DNA from: a virus
Virus record (IMG/VR): IMGVR_UViG_3300045988_070666
Strand: one strand, 5' to 3'
Length of the DNA: 36,066 nt
In this document: positions 1 to 5,756 of the stretch, piece after piece
Layout: each line of letters starts with the position of its first letter
How positions within the stretch are numbered: position 1 is the stretch's first letter
Position numbers and translations under genes: made by a program
Notes under the pieces: generated by a model
The model's database searches: none
What the model saw: the letters and a program-made list of their open reading frames with translations, nothing else
What the model was told of the DNA's origin: nothing

Positions 1-99
1 CTTTTTTTGTCTTGATGCTTATCATCGGTGTCGCATCTGGCAGCGGTTCTTCTGACGATTCCAGTTCTTCCCCTGTTGTGACTACGACAGCAACCACAA
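1..99. repeat. Left copy of an exact 99-bp terminal direct repeat (identical to 35968-36066)
   Basis: By-eye comparison finds ctttttttgtcttgatgcttatcatcggtgtcgcatctggcagcgg...acagcaaccacaa at both window ends. The ORF frame is continuous across the junction. Confidence 0.95.
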
Positions 100-665
100 C
101 GGAAGAAGCAACGGAAGCGGAAGAAACCACTACTGCACAAGCTGAAGATGCAACAGATGCACCGACGGAAGCACCGACAGAAGCGGCTGCTACGGTTGAC
201 ATTACCAAAGAGGGCACATACAAGGTCGGCGTGGATATTGCCGCCGGAGAATACTGCATCTTTGCAATGGATTCCAATTTTGGCGGATACTACAGCGTAA
301 ACGCTGATAGTGTCGGCGACAGCATCATTGGAAACGAAAACTTCGATTACAACGCCTTTGTCACTGTATCTGACGGACAGTATCTTGAACTGAACCGTGC
401 TATGGCAATTCCGGCAGAACAAATTGCCGGCAGCCCATATGCCATTATGACAGACGGTGAGGGCGAATTCCGCATCGGTATCGACCTTCCGGCAGGAGAA
501 TACAAGCTGGAATCTACAGACGAGATCGACGGCTACTACTGCGTATATGACAGCAGTGCACCGGATGCTCCAATTGTCACCAATGAAAATTTCAGCGGAC
601 AGTCCTATGTTACCGTTTCTGACGGACAATACCTGCTGCTGTCCAGATGCAAAATTGCAAACTAA
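1..665 (+). CDS. 3' portion of the zinc-ribbon membrane protein that starts at 35628 (about 334 aa when the circle is closed). It carries two tandem ~70-aa repeats of a GEY...GYY...NENF...VTVSDGQYL motif domain.
   Basis: Track ORF 12..665 is in the same frame as the open ORF starting at 35628. The internal duplication is visible in the protein (GEYCIFA..GYYSVNADS..NENFDYNAFVTVSDGQYLELNRA versus GEYKLES..GYYCVYDSS..NENFSGQSYVTVSDGQYLLLSRC). A terminator follows. Confidence 0.8.
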   Translation, partial: FFVLMLIIGVASGSGSSDDSSSSPVVTTTATTTEEATEAEETTTAQAEDATDAPTEAPTEAAATVDITKEGTYKVGVDIAAGEYCIFAMDSNFGGYYSVNADSVGDSIIGNENFDYNAFVTVSDGQYLELNRAMAIPAEQIAGSPYAIMTDGEGEFRIGIDLPAGEYKLESTDEIDGYYCVYDSSAPDAPIVTNENFSGQSYVTVSDGQYLLLSRCKIAN

Positions 666-687
666 GCAGATTTCTCTCTGCTTCCCC

Positions 688-719
688 AAAAGCCTGCCGC
701 TTTGCGGTGGGCTTTTTTG
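688..719 (+). terminator. Rho-independent terminator after the zinc-ribbon membrane protein gene
   Basis: GC-rich hairpin gcctgccgc-tttg-gcggtgggc followed by tttttt, preceded by an A-run, so it may act weakly in both directions. Confidence 0.7.
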
Positions 720-797
720 CTGCCTTGTCTACAGTATATAACGAGTGACTTTTCGTGACTTGTAAAGCAGCTATCAAATTTAGGAACGATTCTGCAT

Positions 798-995
798 TCA
801 GGGAACTAGCAAAGTCACTACAAACGGATTACCAATCATTATGCCGAAAGCTAAAATTAGAGCAACCCATAGAATTATTTTGATGCGTACACTATCGCTG
901 TCCAATGTGGACTGAAAAATAACAGCCGTAACAGGAACCATCGACCAACTTATCAATTGGCAGATGACCTCTGCTGTTTTACTCATGTCATTCAC
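798..995 (-). CDS. Small hydrophobic (about 2-TM) protein, unknown function. The likely start is the ATG at 986.
   Basis: Track ORF. GAGGGGG RBS lies 8 nt before the ATG at 986. Two hydrophobic segments. AT-rich local composition. Confidence 0.55.
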   Translation of the reverse strand: MNDMSKTAEVICQLISWSMVPVTAVIFQSTLDSDSVRIKIILWVALILAFGIMIGNPFVVTLLVP

Positions 996-1015
996 CCCCT
1001 CAGTATCGTTTTCCC
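993..1015 (-). repeat. Copy 1 of a duplicated 23-nt leader/RBS segment (caccccctcagtatcgttttccc)
   Basis: 22/23 identity with 1191-1213. Both copies sit directly 5' (gene sense) of a small minus-strand ORF and contain its Shine-Dalgarno sequence. Confidence 0.8.
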
Positions 1016-1018
1016 TTG

Positions 1019-1183
1019 CTATAATTCAGTCGCAATTATAGGATTTGCATTCTCATCGGTTACGGCAAATTCTTTCTTTGTTGTAAGAAAGCAGCCATTT
1101 GGTATCTGACAATTTCTTTTTTGGCACTCTGTATTTTTCTGCGGGTCACACAGATACAGAGTGCTTTTTTCATCGGTTTTCAC
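1019..1183 (-). CDS. Cys-rich 54-aa protein (VKTDEKSTLYLCDPQKNTECQKRNCQIPNGCFLTTKKEFAVTDENANPIIATEL), GTG start. It is the first gene divergent from the repressor.
   Basis: Hand translation; too short for the ORF track. GGAGG lies 9 nt upstream of the GTG. The four-Cys pattern resembles small phage Zn-binding proteins. Confidence 0.4.
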   Translation of the reverse strand: MKTDEKSTLYLCDPQKNTECQKRNCQIPNGCFLTTKKEFAVTDENANPIIATEL

Positions 1184-1190
1184 TGCTTTA

Positions 1191-1213
1191 CACCTCCTCA
1201 GTATCGTTTTCCC
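1191..1213 (-). repeat. Copy 2 of the duplicated 23-nt leader/RBS segment (cacctcctcagtatcgttttccc)
   Basis: See 993-1015. Confidence 0.8.
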
Positions 1214-1242
1214 CTAGGCGGGAAACAAGATTTTCTTGCATT

Positions 1243-1410
1243 CACACATTTTCGTGTGCTGCAATTATATATTATCACACTTTTCTGTGCTTGTCAATAG
1301 AATTTGAAGCACATTTTTGTGTTTCTCTGTATTGCACATATTTGTGTTTGTGAGTTTGTTTATAAAGCACAAAAAAGTACCATTTCAAGAAAATAACACT
1401 TTTTTGTGTT
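1243..1410. promoter_or_regulatory. Operator cluster: at least 5 inverted repeats of type CACA-N4/6-TGTG in the divergent switch region
   Basis: Sites at 1245-1258 (CACAttttcgTGTG), 1276-1289 (CACActtttcTGTG), 1310-1321 (CACAttttTGTG), 1335-1346 (CACAtattTGTG) and 1396-1409 (ACACttttttGTGT). The sites overlap both promoters. Confidence 0.65.
1269..1297 (-). promoter_or_regulatory. Sigma-70-type promoter driving the minus-strand small-gene operon (PR-like)
   Basis: On the minus strand: TTGACA (1297-1292), 17-nt spacer, TAATAT (1274-1269). One operator lies within the spacer. Confidence 0.55.
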
Positions 1411-1437
1411 GACATAAACGAGAAAAGGCTGTATAAT
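1409..1437 (+). promoter_or_regulatory. Sigma-70-type promoter of the repressor gene
   Basis: TTGACA (1409-1414), 17-nt spacer, TATAAT (1432-1437). An operator overlaps the -35 element. Confidence 0.7.
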
Positions 1438-1464
1438 ATAAGCAAGTCCAAGGAGGTGAAAAAA

Positions 1465-2211
1465 ATGGAAACAAAAGACATATTAAAGCAACTTCGTGAA
1501 AAAAACAATTATAGTATAAAAGACGTTGCGAATGGAACGAAGATGCAGTATACAATGTGCAGGGAGTATGAGTCAGGCGATAGAAGATTAGGAATGTCGG
1601 CAGCTATTAAGTTCGCCGACTTCTACAACGTATCAATCGACTATCTTTTAGGCAGACCAGATGCCAAAGAGCCAGCCGATCCGATCGACAAGCTGATGAC
1701 GGTGGACGAAATGGAAAAGGACCTGCTCCGAGAGTGGCTAAGTCTGGACGAAGCTTCCCGAAAGTCGTTCTTGGACGTACTGCGGAAGATCGTTGCCGCC
1801 GACCAGAAACGGCAGACTGCCGCATCAAAGCGTGCTGCCTATCTGCTCCACCGCCTGAGCCGCCACAAAGTTTCTGCCGGTCTGGGTTACAACCTGGACG
1901 ACGATGATAACTGGCAGGAGGCAGAGGTTGTGGAAACCGCCGCCGTACATCAGGCAGACTTTGCTGTGGAAGTAGACGGGGACAGCATGGAGCCGGACTA
2001 CTTGAACGGTGACATTCTGCTGGTGCAGTCTACCCCGACGATTGAAGTGGGCGAAGTGGGCGTGTTTACGCTGAACGGTGACGGCTACGTCAAGGAACTG
2101 GGCGAAGGCGAACTGCTCTCCCGCAATCCGGAGTATGATCCCATACCGATCCACGAAAGCGACAGCCTGCAATGCTGGGGACGTGTCATCGGGAAGACGG
2201 AGCTGGTGTGA
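1465..2211 (+). CDS. cI/LexA-like phage repressor with an N-terminal XRE-type HTH and a C-terminal S24 peptidase domain
   Basis: HTH segment YSIKDVANGTKMQYTMCREYESGDR. Ala-Gly (SAGLG) candidate cleavage site. GDSMEP serine motif and a later VKEL lysine. AGGAGG lies 8 nt before the ATG at 1465 (the track starts at an upstream GTG, 1456). Confidence 0.9.
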   Translation: METKDILKQLREKNNYSIKDVANGTKMQYTMCREYESGDRRLGMSAAIKFADFYNVSIDYLLGRPDAKEPADPIDKLMTVDEMEKDLLREWLSLDEASRKSFLDVLRKIVAADQKRQTAASKRAAYLLHRLSRHKVSAGLGYNLDDDDNWQEAEVVETAAVHQADFAVEVDGDSMEPDYLNGDILLVQSTPTIEVGEVGVFTLNGDGYVKELGEGELLSRNPEYDPIPIHESDSLQCWGRVIGKTELV

Positions 2212-2272
2212 TATAGAAACAACGCCCTGCCAAGACCGGCAGGACTAAAACAATAGAACAGGAGGAATTTCT

Positions 2273-2491
2273 ATGAGTACAAAAGAAAAGCTTTACAGTC
2301 TGATCGACATCATCAACCCTGACGATCTGGAACTTGTCCTGCAAATTCTGGAACGCTTTGCACTAACGGCAGAGATCCCGAACGAAGAAACAGCAGAAGC
2401 GATGCTGGAGGCTGACCGTATTGCAAGAGATCCGAATGTCAAGGGCTATACCAGCATTGCAGAGTTGATGGAGGCACTGGACAAAGAATGA
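2273..2491 (+). CDS. Putative antitoxin partner of the YafQ-like toxin
   Basis: 72 aa. Its stop overlaps the toxin start (ATGA). The C-terminal motif IPNEETAEAMLEADRIARDPNVKGYTSIAELMEAL is typical of antitoxins paired with RelE/YafQ toxins in Firmicutes. AGGAGG RBS. Confidence 0.6.
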   Translation: MSTKEKLYSLIDIINPDDLELVLQILERFALTAEIPNEETAEAMLEADRIARDPNVKGYTSIAELMEALDKE

Positions 2492-2778
2492 AGTACACTG
2501 TCAAATTCACTGCCAAATTCAAAAAAGACTATAAGCTGGCTCTGAAGCGTGGCTGTAAGCGTGAGAAGATGGAAACGGTTCTCACGCTCCTTGCAGACGG
2601 TAACCAATCCGAAATTTTGCTGGCCAAATACAAAGACCATGCTCTCACCGGAAACTGGAACGGCTATCGGGAATGCCATATCGAACCGGACTGGCTGTTG
2701 ATCTATGAAATTGTGGATGATATTCTGGTATTGTCCGCATCCCGCACCGGAACACACAGCGACTTGTTCGGGAAATAA
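2488..2778 (+). CDS. yafQ: Type II toxin, YafQ family (RelE/ParE superfamily mRNA interferase)
   Basis: Motifs KDHALTGNWNGYRECHIEPDWLLIY and SRTGTHSDLF match the YafQ signature. 96 aa. 4-nt overlap with the upstream gene. Confidence 0.85.
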   Translation: MKYTVKFTAKFKKDYKLALKRGCKREKMETVLTLLADGNQSEILLAKYKDHALTGNWNGYRECHIEPDWLLIYEIVDDILVLSASRTGTHSDLFGK

Positions 2779-2811
2779 CAGCCGGACAGGAGATATTCTG
2801 CATGCAAAACC

Positions 2812-2836
2812 GCCCTGCCGCCCACCACGGCAGGGC
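2812..2836. other. Perfect 9-bp inverted repeat (GCCCTGCCG-N7-CGGCAGGGC) 24 bp upstream of the integrase start
   Basis: Seen directly in the sequence. No T-tract follows on the plus strand. A related cgccctgcc...ggcagg hairpin sits after the repressor gene at 2226-2243. Confidence 0.6.
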
Positions 2837-2859
2837 ATCACTATAGAAAGGAGTGTCCC

Positions 2860-4293
2860 ATGAAAATCGCAGCGGCGTACATTCGCGTATCCACCGACGA
2901 CCAGATCGAATACTCCCCCGACAGCCAGCGGAAAGCCATTCTGGACTACGCCAAACGCAACGACTACATCGTGCCGCAGGAGTACATCTTCGTGGACGAG
3001 GGCATCAGCGGCAGAAGCACCAAACGACCGGCGTTCCAGCAGATGATCGGCACGGCAAAGCAGAAAAGCCACCCCTTCGATGCGATACTGGTGTGGAAAT
3101 TCTCCCGTTTCGCACGAAACCGGGAGGACAGCGTGGTCTACAAGTCCATGCTCCGGAAACAGTGCGGTGTGGAAGTGGTGTCTATCTCCGAGCAGATCGG
3201 AGAAGATAAAACGTCTATCCTGATCGAAGCCCTGCTGGAAGCTATGGACGAATACTACAGTATCAACCTGTCGGAAGAAGTCGTCCGCGGCATGTCGGAA
3301 AAGGCACGGCGTGGCGGCACTCTTGGACGTGCTCCGTTTGGGTATACGGCGAAAAACGGCGAGCTGCTGCCCAACGACGATGCAAAAACGGTGCAGTGGA
3401 TCTTCAACGCTTTTTTAAACGGCACAGGAATGCGGACTATCGCCACCCAGCTGAACAGCAGCGGCATACGCACCGCATACGGAAAGCCCTGGGAGAACCG
3501 TACAGTGGAATATGTGCTGCGGAATATCACCTATGCGGGACACCAGCACTGGACGCCCGGAGGGACAAAAGACATGAAACACGCAGAAAAAATCAAAGGG
3601 AATACCATTGTTAAAAACAACGCCCACACCGCGATTGTGTCCGAAGAACAATTCGCCGCGGTACAAGAGAAGATCGCGGAGAACAAACGTAAGTACAAGA
3701 AGCACGAGCAGCCGGAAGTCGGTATCCCGTTTCTGGGAAAGGGGCTGCTGCGATGCAGCGACTGCGGCGGGGCACTATGTATGCTTGGCCGTGGCAACGG
3801 GATCCAGTGCCACAACTACGCACACGGGAAGTGCAATGTATCTCACTATATCAAGCTGGAATATATTGACAAGATGATTGTTGATAAGATCAAAAGCGAT
3901 GTGGAGGCACAGAATTTCCGCACCATACTGATTCCGGAAAACGCTGCAGAAAGTCAGGAGATGCAGGACAACAAGAGAACGTTGGAGCGTGCCAGAAAGA
4001 AACTTGCCCGTGTCAGGGAGGCGTATGAAAACGGCATTGACACGATAGAGGAGTACAGGCAGAACAAAGCCAGAATCCAAAAGGAAATCGAAGAACTGGA
4101 AGCGAAGCCTGCTCCGCCGAAAGAAACCCAGGAATCTGCGGCAGAAAAGCTGCGGCAGCGTATCCTGTCAAACGTTACACTTCTGGAATCCGATGCACCG
4201 GCAGGGCTGAAAAACGACATGCTCCACACGTTTGTCAACAGGATCGTATTTGACCGCAAAAACACGCGGTTGGAAGTGGAGTATCACGGGTGA
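2860..4293 (+). CDS. Large serine recombinase (phage integrase)
   Basis: N-terminal resolvase catalytic motif AAYIRVSTDDQ, a recombinase domain, a Cys cluster (CSDCGG...CHNYAHGKC) and a C-terminal coiled coil. 477 aa. AAAGGAG RBS. Confidence 0.92.
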   Translation: MKIAAAYIRVSTDDQIEYSPDSQRKAILDYAKRNDYIVPQEYIFVDEGISGRSTKRPAFQQMIGTAKQKSHPFDAILVWKFSRFARNREDSVVYKSMLRKQCGVEVVSISEQIGEDKTSILIEALLEAMDEYYSINLSEEVVRGMSEKARRGGTLGRAPFGYTAKNGELLPNDDAKTVQWIFNAFLNGTGMRTIATQLNSSGIRTAYGKPWENRTVEYVLRNITYAGHQHWTPGGTKDMKHAEKIKGNTIVKNNAHTAIVSEEQFAAVQEKIAENKRKYKKHEQPEVGIPFLGKGLLRCSDCGGALCMLGRGNGIQCHNYAHGKCNVSHYIKLEYIDKMIVDKIKSDVEAQNFRTILIPENAAESQEMQDNKRTLERARKKLARVREAYENGIDTIEEYRQNKARIQKEIEELEAKPAPPKETQESAAEKLRQRILSNVTLLESDAPAGLKNDMLHTFVNRIVFDRKNTRLEVEYHG

Positions 4294-4368
4294 TTTCTTA
4301 TGCGTTCCGATTGTCAGCTTTTGCAATTTGGCGGACTTAACTGTAAAAGATGATAATAAGATTATGAC

Positions 4369-4421
4369 AAAAAAACCGGCAGTACAGCAGGAGGTTTCCT
4401 GTTTTGTGCTGCCGGTTTTTC
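4369..4421. terminator. Bidirectional terminator between the convergent integrase and endolysin genes
   Basis: aaaaaaa-CCGGCAG...CTGCCGG-ttttt. The long imperfect hairpin is flanked by an A-run and a T-run. Confidence 0.7.
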
Positions 4422-4439
4422 TGTATAATTATGCCTTAT

Positions 4440-5324
4440 TTACACTTTCCGAAAATTATCCACGCTCACATACCCCGTAACGTACTTCCCCGCCGGTGTC
4501 TTACCGCAGTACGCCTTACGCGTTGTGATCCGGAAACGTCCCAGCTTGCACTGCTTGCCGTCGTAGATGTAGTACACGCCAGCTGGTAACGTGTTTGCCG
4601 CCTTGGTAGCCGTGTCACTGGAAAACAGCTGTGTCCTGGTCTTGTACAGACGCACCGCCTGCCCCTGCTTCCAGTCGTATCGCAGGGCAGTCGATGCAGC
4701 CGGCTTTGCAGCAGAAGTGCCATTCAGATAGGCTTGTACCTTTGCTTTGAACGCCACCCAGTGCGGCAAGATATACGCCGGGCACATTTTATAACTGTTG
4801 TGCATGGTGTTCAGCTGATCCACGGTCCCGTTCCGCCCGTCACGGACGTTAAGCCAGTGTGTGTGCGTGTACAGGTGGTTGATGCCCAATCCATGCTGTT
4901 TCAGAAGTGCAGCTGCCAGACGTGCAGCATTTTCCTCTGCCCGCTTGTCTGCTGCGTCACCGCTGCCATTCATGATGCACTCAATGGCGATGGTTCTGCG
5001 GTTGCCGTTTCCGCTGCCGTCGGCAGCATGCCAGCCGGACAGCGACAGCGGCAGATTCTGCCACGCACAGGTGCTGTCCACATAGTAGTGTACCCGCACG
5101 GTCTTCATGTTGCCGTTGACAGTCGCACGGGTGTACTGCTCTGCTGGCGTAGTGACGGCGGCAGTCTTGATGCGGTCAGTGTTGTGGATCGTCACGCCCA
5201 GCACCTTGCCTGTCAGCTGTGCTGTCGGCATGTCAATACGATTGGGGTTGTGCTTTGTCAGCAGATACTCCTTGACGGTCACACCGCCGAGCGTGGTTGT
5301 TTTGTCTGGGGTTAAAATTGCCAT
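4440..5324 (-). CDS. Endolysin: N-acetylmuramoyl-L-alanine amidase (Amidase_2/PGRP fold) with a C-terminal SH3-like wall-binding domain
   Basis: Motifs GVTIHNT, HYYVD, WHAADG, AIEC and HTHW...CP. The C-terminal 80 aa resemble SH3b. Located next to the holin. Confidence 0.88.
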   Translation of the reverse strand: MAILTPDKTTTLGGVTVKEYLLTKHNPNRIDMPTAQLTGKVLGVTIHNTDRIKTAAVTTPAEQYTRATVNGNMKTVRVHYYVDSTCAWQNLPLSLSGWHAADGSGNGNRRTIAIECIMNGSGDAADKRAEENAARLAAALLKQHGLGINHLYTHTHWLNVRDGRNGTVDQLNTMHNSYKMCPAYILPHWVAFKAKVQAYLNGTSAAKPAASTALRYDWKQGQAVRLYKTRTQLFSSDTATKAANTLPAGVYYIYDGKQCKLGRFRITTRKAYCGKTPAGKYVTGYVSVDNFRKV

Positions 5325-5326
5325 AA

Positions 5327-5743
5327 TTAATCTTCCTTTCCCTTGCTTTGCAGCAAGTCAATTGCTTTTTTTAACGCCGCCGGCATGGGGATTCCCATTA
5401 GTCCGGCGTTTTCAAAAATGGAAATCAGCTCGTTGACAGTAAACGCGATGCAGACTGCATCACGGATATACGTTGTGCCAAGAATCAGATCCAGTTGTGC
5501 AGAGATCAGCACCAGCAGCAGCGTTACACATTTTCGGGAAACGCCTTTCCAGCCAATTTTTGATTGCAGACCGCCGGAAGCTGTCTTGGGGGATTTCCGG
5601 AATACGCCTGCCAAAATCAAACCGGTCAAAAAATCGATTGCCATAAACAACAGCAATGCCCGAATAGATGCGTCCCACCCGCCGAACAGCCCTGCGATAA
5701 AGCTGCCGACAACGCCGGCAACTGTGCAGATTGTTTCTTTCAT
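5327..5743 (-). CDS. Holin (phage_holin_4_1 / LL-H-like family)
   Basis: 138 aa with 3-4 TM segments. FENAGLMGIP motif. Lies directly upstream of the endolysin. Confidence 0.85.
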   Translation of the reverse strand: MKETICTVAGVVGSFIAGLFGGWDASIRALLLFMAIDFLTGLILAGVFRKSPKTASGGLQSKIGWKGVSRKCVTLLLVLISAQLDLILGTTYIRDAVCIAFTVNELISIFENAGLMGIPMPAALKKAIDLLQSKGKED

Positions 5744-5756
5744 AGTTTCCTCCTAG

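Noticed and set aside
1-99. The 99-bp end repeats interpreted as attL/attR of an integrated prophage
   Set aside because: The gene fragments are arranged the wrong way round for a split host gene: the 5' part sits before the right repeat and the 3' part after the left repeat. The integrase is a serine recombinase, which makes no long target duplication. The repeats coincide exactly with the window ends.
457-741. 94-aa plus-strand ORF overlapping the 3' end of the zinc-ribbon protein gene in another frame
   Set aside because: It lies entirely inside or overlapping a better-supported ORF and the terminator, and it has no RBS.
1171-1173. Alternative 37-aa ATG-started ORF (MKKALCICVTRRKIQSAKKEIVRYQMAAFLQQRKNLP) in the frame overlapping the 54-aa Cys-rich ORF
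   Set aside because: The ATG is about 19 nt from the only SD (GGAGG), whereas the GTG of the 54-aa frame is 9 nt away. I kept the 54-aa call, but only at low confidence.
1099-1508. Track ORFs 1099-1353 (+) and 1275-1508 (-) in the switch region
   Set aside because: They are Phe/Leu/Cys-rich translations of AT-rich promoter/operator DNA with no RBS. The second would run antisense across the repressor start.
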